DNA of 63,013 bases, counting the filler, from Kipferlia bialata (lineage: Eukaryota): assembly GCA_003568945.1 (NCBI GenBank). It is 6 parts of 6 records of this genome, joined end to end, with 100 filler letters (N's around TTAATTAATTAA, not from the genome) between each part and the next. Parts side by side here need not be neighbours in the genome. Positions count along the whole stretch, not along the records: positions 1 to 12,975 come from BDIP01001003.1; positions 13,076 to 26,042 come from BDIP01001005.1; 4 more parts are not named here. One strand, 5' to 3'. Of this stretch, positions 10,515-21,557 are shown one piece after another; within the stretch, counting starts at the first letter, position 1, and every line of letters begins with the position of its first letter. The notes beneath the pieces are model-generated. The model ran no database searches. It was given only the letters and a program-made list of their open reading frames with translations, and was not told the origin of the DNA. The position numbers and the translations under genes are program-made.

Positions 10515-12902
10515 AAGTAGGCCCTGCTCATCCTGGGGTCAAAAACAAGGAAAGAAATAGAATAGGGTGTACAGGGAGACAGATACTAGCATTACACACA
10601 CAGTACACCGTAACATCGCAGCGCGAATTAGCAAAACTATAGTACACACTAGTACATTGGTTCCAACTACCTGCCTCTTCCTCTAGTCCCCTTCTCTCTC
10701 TCTCCCTCTCCCTCTGCCTCTACCTCAGGGACCACTGGCACAGAAGGGGAGGGGACGCTGGTGGTAAGTGTATATATAATATACATACAAGGTATATATA
10801 CACAATACAATAGTATATAGATGACCCGTGTACCACAGGCACTGATGGGGAGGCGATGCTAGCGTGAGAATACGCAAGAATACTTAGAATCGCTACATCT
10901 ACTCGTCGTTTGTATGTAATTGTACTTCATCAAATAATGCCCAATCACTCTTTATACATTTCTAAATAGCTAAAGGTATGTACCTAGTGTTGGGGACAGG
11001 TGAGGGTGCCTTCTTGGCTGCCTTGGTATACTCTATATATACTCACTCTATACAAGTACTTGCCATAAGTATATATATATATATTATAGTACCTAGGCAC
11101 TGGAGATGGTGCCTTCTTGGCTGCCTTGGTAAATATATATATATATATTCAAAATGCAAAAATCACTATAGTATACCCAGTTGTATATTGTAACTAGACA
11201 TATAGTAGTATAGTAGTATACCTCGTGGGCACGGGTGATGGTGCCTTCTTGGCTGCCTTGGTTATATACACTCTCTCTCTATATATATACGCTCTCTCTA
11301 TATATATATACTTGCCGTGAGTATATATATAAGTACAGTACCTAGGCATGGGAGATGGTGCCTTCTTGGCTGCCTTGGTGTTCAGAGGGGACATGGGGGC
11401 ATCGGGCTCTCTGTCTAGGGGTTAAGGGTGTAGAGGGANNNNNNNNNNNNNNNNNNNNNNNNNNNNNNNNNNNNNNNNNNNNNNNNNNNNNNNGAGAGAG
11501 AGAGAGAGAGAAGAGGGGACATGGGGGCATCGGGCTCTCTGTCTAGGGATTAAGAGCGTAGAGAGAGAGAGAGAACAGTAAATCATGATTGGGGAGCATA
11601 GTATGTAAAATATATGAATATATGTACCCTGCAGGTAGTTCCACAGCTGGGGGTGCTTCCTCCTCAGGTGTATCCTCATCATGGAGGGGTATGCCTCGTG
11701 GTGGAGGCAGTCAGGGGCTGGGCAGGTACTAGTATAAGGTATGTATATGTGTATATATCTATATATATATAGAGAGAGAGAGAGTGGATTGGCAGGTACT
11801 TTGAGTGAGAGGTAGATACCACTCTATGAAGTCACAAGAGTGTATGAATACACATGTATTATATATACACTGTACACTCACTCTATGTAGTCGAAGAGGC
11901 ATATATACAATATATATACATATATACATATATAATACACTATATCAGATAGTATACAATATACACTCACTCTATGTAGTCAAAGAGTGTAAGCACACAT
12001 ATACTTATAGAGTATACTTATAGAGTACACACTATATATACACAATTCACTATAACACACTTAGAGAGAGAGAGAGAGAGAGAGAGTTAGGGATATACAT
12101 ATAGAGGCACTCCAATACACTATATACACATACTCTATGTAGTCAAAGAGTGTCCTGACTGTACTCTATATATATACACACTCCTAGCTATGGCAAGGGT
12201 ATCAAGTCATCTATACACAATATAGAACACATATACACTATATGAAAGTATATATAAACAGTGTATACACATATACACACTGGATACATACTCCATGTAG
12301 TCAAAGAGTGTCCGTGCTATGGCCAGGGCATCAAGGCATAGAGATATATATGTACTCTAACACATAGTATATACACTATATATGTATATATCTTGTGTAT
12401 ATATACACTCACTCTATGTAGTCAAACAGTGTCCGTGCTATGGCCAGGGCATCAAGGCACATATATACAATATATATACTTATATATACTCTAACACACT
12501 ATACATATACTATATATATATACACTATATGTATGTATCTAGTATATATAGTGATATACACTCACTCTATGTAGTCGAAGAGTGTACGTGCTATGGCCAG
12601 GGCATCAAGGCATATACATACACAATACACTACAGTGTATACTATACATAAGTATATATACTACATATATATACACACTATCCATACTCTATGTAGTCGA
12701 AGAGTGTCCGTGCTATGGCCAGGGCATCGAGGCATATAGATATGTATATATATACATACAGTATATATATACTACTATACACTTTATCAAACTATATATC
12801 ATATATATACTATAGTATACACTATACATACTCTATGTAGTCGAAGAGTGTCCGTGCTATGGCCAGAGCATCGAGGCACTCGGTCTCAGTGTAGGTATCG
12901 TC
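8531..12902 (-). CDS. Multi-exon hypothetical protein (5' partial), basic and low-complexity
   Basis: Exons with CCCAG acceptors and GT donors: DDTYTETECLDALAIARTLFDYIE, ...HHEAYPSMMRIHLRRKHPQLWNYLQ, ...KAAKKAPSPMP, ...KAAQRVESEPEAPR, HRPKMTATQKRRAAAQQK, and last exon RTYLADEALLIRQ...LDYERSLQ-TGA (8531-8533). No family recognised. Confidence 0.6.
11820..12902 (-). repeat. Half-exon array: about eight 3' half+donor copies downstream of the intact exon (about 12902-12830)
   Basis: Plus-strand ACTCTATGTAGTC(A/G)AAGAGTGT(CCGTGCTATGGCCAGGGCATC) recurs with AT-rich spacers. Confidence 0.95.
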
Positions 12903-12933
12903 CTGGGGTAAGATATATAGTATATATATATAT

Positions 12934-12975
<42 letters not shown>

Positions 12976-13074
12976 NNNNNNNNNNNNNNNNNNNNNNNNN
13001 NNNNNNNNNNNNNNNNNNNTTAATTAATTAANNNNNNNNNNNNNNNNNNNNNNNNNNNNNNNNNNNNNNNNNNN
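12976..13074. other. Artificial contig linker (N-run, TTAATTAATTAA, N-run)
   Basis: Six-frame stop linker at 13020-13031 inside a roughly 100-nt N block. Confidence 0.97.
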
Positions 13075-13077
13075 NGG

Positions 13078-13129
<52 letters not shown>

Positions 13130-13597
13130 GTTGGAAGGCAGTTAGTAAATACATAAGCTTATGCATTGTATATACTGTTGACCCACCTCCGAGAATCAAT
13201 GGGTCCGGGCCTGTTTCTGGCAGTGCGAGAGACGCGACAGCCTATAATTAATTGACGCAGAGACATATATATACATAGACTCAAAGGGATTGAATGGCAA
13301 CACAACAATAATACGGTTCCCTCTTCTGCTCTACACTAGTACCTGATACGTCAACAATTGCCTATAGGAATTATGATATATACACATACACCACCACCTG
13401 TATCGTAGAGCAGGAGAAAGCCCCCTCCCACCACATACACTATGAAGGCATCGCCAATCTGCTTGCCGCCAAGGGGGACACTGACCAGTTCTAATAATGG
13501 CACATCCGCAGAGGGAGGCCGCATACCGGTTATGTGCTTGGCCACCCGGGCCGTACACTCAGATTACAGATACAAGTGCTGGAAAGAGAGAGTGAGT

Positions 13598-13695
13598 TGT
13601 CTGAAGTGGGACTTGAACCCTCAATCGAGTAGCTTTGCTTCACCGTGAGATAAGCCGCTTATCATAAGCGGCTATCAAGCCGCACTGTATCAGGC
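13598..13695 (-). other. tRNA-like relic: T-arm and 3' acceptor half resembling tRNA-Leu, next to a perfect hairpin
   Basis: Minus strand GGGTTCAAGTCCCACTTCAGACA (13620-13598) resembles the B-box/3' end of eukaryotic tRNA-Leu (GGGTTCGAATCCCACTTCTGACA). I cannot fold a clean cloverleaf. Confidence 0.3.
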
Positions 13696-13900
13696 GCACA
13701 ACACAGTAAGTAGAACAAGGTGATCCACGTGCCACAACATCCTCATACGCAATTTACACACACAACACCCTCCCGAAAACACGGGAACCCTCCCAAAACA
13801 AGCACTCGGCCGAAGATTCTTCCCTCGACCGAATGACTGAAACCACTAATAGTACAACCTCACACTCTCCCAGACAATACGATACCCACATTATGGCCTG

Positions 13901-14764
13901 TCACTCCGGACAGCATACCCCATGGGACGCGAGCAGGGCCTCTAGCTGGGAGACCCTTCGGTGCAGCCGCCTGTTCTCAGACACCAACTCAGACACGCCG
14001 CTCAGGATGACCTGAGCGTGAGGCCCCAGACTCCATGTACATATGGGTACCGATATATATATATACAGACATGGATGACCTCGCCCATGTCGCACGCCCT
14101 GCTGCTCGAGGGGTTCCGGTCGCCGTAGTACACCCCCCCCTGTCCTTGCATGTGCATATGCCGGGCAGGGGACCTTCCCCCCTTGCCGTACTCGAGGGAG
14201 GATGTCCTACCCTCCTGACCCCTGTCCACAGACACCGACACCCGGTCAGACGAGAGAGAGCAGGGGGCGGGGGTGGCAGAGTTGGCGTGGGGCACAACAG
14301 CAGGAGTCACAGTAACAGTCGTCACTGGGTTGGGAGATGCTTCACGACAAATAGAACCGACCCACAAATGTATACAGTATGAATAACAAAAGATGGGTAA
14401 TACTGGCGAGGGTCAGTGTACCTGAGAACCTGCCCCTCTGATGGACATGCCCTGCCTTCCTCTCGCAGGATGAGTGTGTCTCCTTCCCCACACTGGTTGC
14501 CCTCGGGTGATCAGTGTGGGTACTTGGCATGGACACAGGGGGGCATCGGGAGGTATTGGTGGAGTGTAGCAGAACCCCCGACTCCGTGGATGCCGCTGGC
14601 ATGCCTGTGGCAGGCAGAGGCCAGAGGGGCAGGTGAGTGGAGAGATCAGGAGCCAATATCGTGGCGGGAGGGGTGACTTGGCTTCCCTGATTCCCAGAAG
14701 AAGATGTCACACTGCTAGATTGACTCCCTGAGGATATTGTGGCTTGCAAGGAAGCCTCTGGCAT
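13901..14764 (-). CDS. Three-exon Ser/Pro-rich hypothetical protein with a short C-terminal coiled coil
   Basis: Exons at about 14764-14422, 14339-14080 and 14011-13901 join in frame: MPEASLQ...RGRFS|ASPNPV...CDMGE|VILSGVSELVSENRRLHRRVSQLEALLASHGVCCPE*. The start could lie slightly upstream. Confidence 0.5.
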
Positions 14765-14959
14765 GGACCACCTTGTGAAAAGCCGGCTTTGTCAGGCTAG
14801 ACCGACCTCCATTCTGATCATCAGAGACAAAAAGCTTGAAGGGTTTGTCGAGGCAGCTGCCTGGCAATGCCAGTGGCATCATATCGGACTCACTCTCTTA
14901 CACAAGCAAAGGGGGTAACAACAACCCATCCCCCCCGCGCCACACCACGCACCTACTTG

Positions 14960-17900
14960 ATGGACTACAACGATCTAGGCCTTGACCCCTTTGATCAGGA
15001 TGGGTTCGATCAGGACGGGTTCGACGATACGTACGATGACTATCAGTACGATGACTACTCCTCGGAGGACGACCGCCTAGCTGCCCAGGACGAGGAGCAG
15101 GAGGAGGAGGAGGAGATATACACCCGCGAGAGGGAGATGCACGACCTGACCCTCGACCTTGATATGGGCCCTGTCCAGAGGTTCCGTCTGTACATCCTCG
15201 ACTTCTACTTTCTGCGGCGGTTCCTCGCTTTCTACGACCTGCCTTCAATCGCAGAGTCACTCCCCCTGGCCACGTTCTGTGATGAGATCCTGCCCTGGAT
15301 GCGGCACATGGCCCGGTCCATCGACCCCGACGCCCATGAGGGCGAGACTGCATACGAGTTTGAGGGCCTCTTCCTGAACATCCAGAGGCTCATCGACGAC
15401 AACTACGCCACGCCGGCTGACTTTGCATACGACATTCAGAGGAGGTATGTGGGGGTGGTATGGGGACGTGTTTAGTATGAGACTAGGATAGCCACCCATC
15501 TCTGACATGCCTTCCCTGCTGTGCGTATCAGCAGTGTGGGGTTGGAAGATGTCGCATATCTCTCTTAATTGTACTCTGTCTCATTTTTCAGTTCATGCAT
15601 TGTGTCTCTGGCCATGTGCTCTGTATATCCCCATCCATATCTGCATCATATCATATGAGCACCCGGCTGTATCCCTTGTCCCCTCATACTCACCCCAGGT
15701 TCATGGGCGACCCCCAGCCAACTGACAGGGAGGAGGCATACTACCTCAAGTATCTGCTGTTGGCCAGGACGCCAGAGATAGCAGCTGCCCTGCTGAAGAA
15801 GGAGGCAGACCCAGAGACAGGACTTACAGGTACATACTGATGACCTATTCATAGTAAAGTGATATGGGGCATTGGTGGGTACTGCATATGTCGTTATATA
15901 TGTGGTCATCATATATGTTGTGGCCCTTCCATATGTATATATTCTCATGGTTGTGCACTCTGCGGCTCACCCCAGGGATGGAGGTTGTGTGCGAGGGCAT
16001 CCTCCCTCTGCTGCTGTGTGCCGTTAGATCTTGTGTGGCAGACAGACCCAGGGAGCTCATCACCCGGTCAGTCCGGTCGGCCATCGAGATCTCGGCCCTT
16101 CTGCCCTCTGAGCTTGTGTCCACCTACACCCTCAGGCGCCTGGCCCTCCCTATGCTGGAGAGGGCCCTGTTCTCTAGGCAGGGCATGGACGAGGGAGAGG
16201 CGGTGGCACACCACTTCGGTCCCCCCCCTGACGACACCCCTCTCTCCTCTGATGCCGCGTCTGCCATGGGGTGGGGCGAGGGCACCCTCTTTGCGCTGTC
16301 TGGCACTGTGGAGGACTTCCTACAAGATGGGGTGGAGATGAGGGTGGGACCCTATGGGCTGGCCGAGTTTGAGATGCTACAGGTGGGGTAGGGTATTATG
16401 ATACAGGCATCGTTGTGTAATGAGACTGTCCTACCCGTCTCCCATGCATATATATCCCCCCCCCCCCTCTATATACTGACCCCCAGGCCTACCAGCTGAG
16501 GGATGACATCATGATCAGCGCCTGTGAGCTGCTAGGTGCCATTGGGAGCAGGCTCCCTGCTGCCGACCTGTGTTCCATTGTCCTACCCATCCTGGGCCGC
16601 CTGGCCACCTCCAGACCCATCAAGGATGCCGTGCTGGCCGGCTCTGACCATGTCGACGACCCTGGCCTCAGCGTCCTGCTGGACGCCCCCACGGCTGAGT
16701 CGCTCATGTTGACAGGCCGCATCGAGAAGAGTGTGTTTGTGAGGCGGGAGGCCGTGTCTTCCCTGGCCCTGCTGGCCGCCAACATCAACGTCGTCCACTC
16801 CAACAGCAACAGCGTGGGGGACGGGCCCGTGGACCTGGGCTTCCATGCCGGGGACACCACCTACCTGGACCCAGCCACCTGCTCCCTCCTGCTGCCCCTG
16901 GTCACCGAGCTGATATGCAAGGACATGAGCTGGGGCATCCGGAGGGTGGCAGTCGGGTGTCTGCCCGCCCTGGCCGGTCTGTTCCCCTTCCAGGACAGGG
17001 TCGAGCTGCTGTGCCCTGCCTTCCTGCAGATGCTCAAGGACCCCTCGGAGTGGGTGAGGCTCGAGGCCCTCAAGGTGCTGGGGGCCTTCCTCTCTAGGGT
17101 GGTGCTGGACGAGGACAGAGAGAGGGACGACAGCCTCCACCCCACCCTGGCTGGTCCATGCCACGTGTCCCCCATAGCCCCAGGGGTCCTGGGCACCTTG
17201 GCCGCCTCTCCCGTGGTGGCCCAGCTGGTTGAGGTGTTTGCCTCTGTGCACCCTGTCTGTGAGCCTTCCTATGACGATGTCATAGAAGACAGCATGAGTG
17301 ATATGTCCGACATGGACCTGCCGGACATGCCTGCCGGGCTGGAGCTGAGGGCAGAGATGTCCCACCCTGCTGGCTTAGACCCTGTGGAGGGGATGGGCGA
17401 GGACGACGCAGACACCCCCCCAGGCCTGGACGTGCCCCCTGGGATGGACACTGAGCCCATGCCCTACCCCCACATCACCCTGGAGACAGCCGAGACACAC
17501 GTGCTGGTGACTGCCCCCCTGCAGCTGTCGCAGAAGCAGAGGACCAGCAAGGAGGTGATCCTCAATGCGGCAGAGTCCTTCCCCCTGGTGCTAGCTGTGT
17601 TTGGCCACTGCACTAAGTACAAGGCCCTCCTCCTGCCCCTGTGCAAGGCATACCTCGACAGCCCCATACCCACTCTGAGGGCACCCATAGCTGGGGCCCT
17701 GGGGGAGCTACACGACGTTCTCCCCCCCGAGCGCCTCCTCGGCATTGTGTCTGCGTGTCTGTTTGACCAGGACTCTGTCATCAGATTATCCACCCTGGAG
17801 AGGCTGCACATCCTGGTGTCCAGGTCTCAGCAGGTGGCCAGGCAGATACCCTTCACGCTGCGGTCTCTGCTCTTTGTGTCTAACCAGGACATGCACCCAT

Positions 17901-18823
17901 CCTCTGTGGGAGGGGGCACGGCATACCAGTGCGGCAGCTGGCGCCTGAGACAGTCTGTGGCCGAGCACCTAGATGCCATTGTCGAGGCCAACCTCAATGC
18001 CCTGCACATCGCCAGGGACCAGATCATCCCCTACCTACACGATACCCTGGGCCCTGTGTTTGTGGTGCTGCTGAGGGACCCCGTGTCTGCTGTGAGGAAG
18101 GCAGCGGCCAAGGCTGTGGGGTGTCTGATAGCCAGACTGGCCACCCAGCACATGTCGCCCATTGACAGTGAGGTGCCTAGGGACTGCCCCCTGGCCATCG
18201 AGGGGAGGTGGGAGGCCTTTGTGCAGAGCCAGTGGGAGGGGGTCAAGGGGATAGCGGGCCCTGCCCCGACCCTTGCCGCTCTGTTCAACCTCATCAACGC
18301 CCTGGCGGTGCACCAGATGGGGGAGAGGGGCAGGGGGCATGCAGGGGGGGTGGAGCCAGACAGCGTGGAGGCAATCTCCGGCCCCCTGTGCAAGAGGGTC
18401 CTGGTGCGTGTGGTGCACTTTGCCTTGCTCAACAGCTCCACATGCGCTGCCCTCCCTCTGGTCAACGTCCTTTGCCAGCTCGTGTCCCACCCCAGCCCCA
18501 GCGTGCAGATCTCAGCCGTGCGGTGTGTGTACTCCCTGAGACTCAACCACAAGCCCATCAGCAGGCACCCCAGTGTGCTGCACGTGCTGGATGGCCTGCA
18601 GCAGAGTGAGTCTATCGAGGTGGCCAAGTTTGCGGTGGATGCGCTGAGTGTGGCCACAGGGGAGGAGGAGGAGGAGGAGGAGGAGGTTGTGCATGAAGAG
18701 GAGGAGGGCCTTGCGAGTGAGGGAGAGGGGTCTCAGTCTGAGTTTGGGAGGGACCGGATAGAGGGCAGCAGCGACTACAGCGACGAAGGCAGTGACTTCA
18801 TGACTGGGGAGTTCCCAGGTTGA
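14960..18823 (+). CDS. PPP4R1: HEAT-repeat protein, Ser/Thr protein phosphatase 4 regulatory subunit 1-like (PP2A-A/PP4R1 family)
   Basis: Exons 14960-15444, 15699-15829, 15976-16382 and 16487-18823 splice in frame. Motifs CKDMSWGIRRVAVGCL, FLQMLKDPSEWVRLEALKVLGAF, AAESFPLVLAVFG, WRLRQSVAEHL and LLRDPVSAVRKAA match remembered PP4R1 HEAT repeats (e.g. ISDPSRWVRQAAFQSLGPF). Confidence 0.75.
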
Positions 18824-19362
18824 CACCTTCACTGCCTACCCTAGGCCTGTGTCCTTCACTCCTGTGCCTCTTATGTCACCTTCTTTTGTTAGTCTCACCC
18901 CTTTATAGTGTATGTGTCTTTATTAGTTTCAACTGGTGTTCGTGAGCCAACTCTATGTGAGTCAGTTACCTTCCAGTTATTTGTTGTCGTCTGTATTTTT
19001 GTACCACTAAATTGCGAGCCATTCCGACTGTCTATTGGAGAGTATTGGTATGTGTGTCAATGTAAGAGGCAAGGTATCGTTGTGTTTGTGTTTATATTAG
19101 CACTGATCTATTCCTCGCTGCCCTCCTCAAGTAGAAGTTCTAGAAAGAGCATCAAGAAACATTAATAGTTAATATATACAAGGAACGTACATCTAGATCT
19201 TATACTCTAGAACTACTAGCTAATAATTAATGGCAGTGCGTAAGTCCCTGTCGACCAATGACGTGTAGTTTTTGCTTAGTGGGACCCTTAGATCTACGGA
19301 TTCCAAAACAAGGACGAACGACGACTGCTCCAACACCGATTCCCAACAAACTCACTCCGATT

Positions 19363-20528
19363 ATGTCCTCTGTCACACCGGTCAATGCCTTTGAGTGGAG
19401 GTATGGATGCCCGTAGTACTTTCCACTTCTTTTGTGCATTCCTGTTGAAATGTATTTCGTCCACTTCTGTGTTCTCAATGCAGCACCTTCGACCCCTCCG
19501 GCAAGACCCATGTGATGAAGAACCTGGTCAACGGGGAGTGGCACGCCACAAAGACCACCGGATCCCTTCTCAACCCTCTTACGGGCGAGGAGGATTACAT
19601 TGTGAGTTCTATTTTGCCTTGTTTTACAGCACTTGTCACGTTGCCTCCTGGCTCTACTGCGTGAATACGGCCATCAATCAGTTGTGTTCTTACCCCAGCT
19701 CTACCCCGAGACCACCATGGAGGAGGCCCAGGTCTTCGTCGAGAGCCTGAAGAAGTGTACGTGAGTTTGTCACCTCTTCACTGTAGAGCCTATTATCCAT
19801 TCCCCCTACCCCTCACGCTATAGGCCCCAAGAGTGGCCTTCACAACCCCCTCAAGAACCCCAAGAGGTACAGGGACTGGGGAGCCATCACCTTCAAGGTG
19901 GCCACCGAGATCCGCAAGCCCGAGGTCTCCGACTACTTTGCCCGTATCATACAGGCAGTCTGCCCCAAGTCATACACACAGGCCATCGGCGAGGTCAACG
20001 TCGTGGCAACCTTCCTCGAGAACTTCTGTGGTGCGTGGTCTCCCCTGCATGGCATACATATAGTTCAGCCTGTTCTTCTACTGGCAACTCGATAAACCCC
20101 AACACTCTCTTCTATGACACCACGCCGTTACTCCTCCTTGTTTTCTTTCCACTCTGACTCTTAGGAGACCAGGTCCGCTTCCTCGGTGGAGGTGAGCATG
20201 TGCCAGGTGACAGGGTCGGGCAGCAGGCTAATGGCTACAGGTGGCCCTTTGGACCAGGTGCGTCATGGTTTGTTATTGTATTATGTATATATACATCAGC
20301 CAGCTCCCCCCCCCCCCATGTCTCTCTGTCTCACCCCCAGTGGCCATTGTTGCTCCCTTCAACTTCCCCCTCGAGATCCCCGTGCTCCAGCTGATGGGTG
20401 CCCTCTACATGGGCAACAAGGTGCTGCTTAAGGCAGCCACCACCACAGCTGTTGTCATGGAGCAGTACCTGCGCCTCCTGCTCTGGGCCGGGTGCCCACA
20501 CGAGTGCCTCGACTTCATCAACACCAGG
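19363..20528 (+). CDS. ALDH12A1: Delta-1-pyrroline-5-carboxylate dehydrogenase, ALDH12 (plant-type P5CDH); 3' end lost in a gap
   Basis: Six exons give ...KNLVNGEW...PKSGLHNPLKNPKRY...DYFARIIQAVCPKSYTQAIGEV...FLENFCGDQVRFL...GQQANGYRWPFGPVAIVAPFNFPLEIPVLQLMGALYMGNKVLLK, all ALDH12-specific motifs. Confidence 0.92.
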
Positions 20529-20546
20529 GTACGACTCTCTTTTTCA

Positions 20547-20595
<49 letters not shown>

Positions 20596-20886
20596 ACCAC
20601 CGCGGGNNNNNNNNNNNNNNNNNNNNNNNNNNNNNNNNNNNNNNNNNNNNNNNNNNNNNNNNNNNNNNNNNNNNNNNNNNNNNNNNNNNNNNNNNNNNNN
20701 NNNNNNNNNNNNNNNNNNNNNNNNNNNNNNNNNNNNNNNNNNNNNNNNNNNNNNNNNNNNNNNNNNNNNNNNNNNNNNNNNNNNNNNNNNNNNNNNNNNN
20801 NNNNNNNNNNNNNNNNNNNNNNNNNNNNNNNNNNNNNNNNNNNNNNNNNNNNNNNNNNNNNNNNNNNNNNNNNNNNNNNGTGGGGT

Positions 20887-20920
<34 letters not shown>

Positions 20921-21557
20921 GTATACATCGGACTTTGAGCAACGGTGGAATCCATCTCTTACTCTGCGTGTTGGTTCAGAGAACAAATACAGTATGGAAA
21001 CGAATGGAGGAGTAGATGTAAGTGTGTGGAATACGGCACCTATGGCTGTGGAATGCATGTCAATGTATGTCTCATCTGGGATGCACTTCTTACACAGCAG
21101 AAGGTCCGGAGAGTCCGACTTGTTGGTCTGGGGGTCAGAGAGGGAGCCAGGGAAGAGACGAATAATTCAATAGTATATCAATACTGAGCCAAGCACATAT
21201 ACCCACACAACCAGTACAAATATCACGATATTACATAACATACGTACATCCTCACTGGAACGGGACACGAGACTCATTCTCGATGTGTGCTGTCAAGAGT
21301 GTGTGGGGAGTGGACAGTGAAGAGGTGAAGATGGACACATTGGTGGTCAATACTAAACCTCGGTTTTAATTGGTGTCGCTATTTAAAATCGATGTTTGTA
21401 AATTGAATATGATAAATATAGTCTCAAATCGAGGTGATCGGCCAGCCTCCCAGAACCTCTTTCCCAAACAATCCCCACCCAACATCACACACCTGCACAC
21501 ACACCTAGACCCACTTATTCCCCTGCTCACACTTGTCTGCGTATACTGCGGCGAGTG

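Noticed and set aside
11820..12902. CRISPR-like repeat/spacer appearance of the arrays
   Set aside because: The repeats are copies of an adjacent exon end with a splice donor, the spacers are low-complexity intron DNA of variable length, and no cas genes are present.
13020..13031. TTAATTAATTAA palindrome recurring about every 13 kb (also 26087, 39147, 52204, 59072)
   Set aside because: It is always centred in a 100-nt N block, so it is an artificial six-frame-stop linker. The spacing likely reflects length-sorted scaffolds, and gene neighbourhoods across linkers are meaningless.
235..13558. Many short ORFs rich in YIYI/LSLS/ERER in the ORF track
   Set aside because: They are translations of (TA)n, (CT)n and (GA)n intronic microsatellites.
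16583..18832. Long antisense and alternate-frame ORFs over the PPP4R1-like gene
   Set aside because: These are expected shadows of GC-rich coding sequence and show no motifs.
20553..20918. Long poly-C/poly-G runs as telomeric or G-quadruplex elements
   Set aside because: They sit at gap edges, so their lengths are unreliable. Shorter poly-C runs are routine in introns here and probably caused the assembly breaks.
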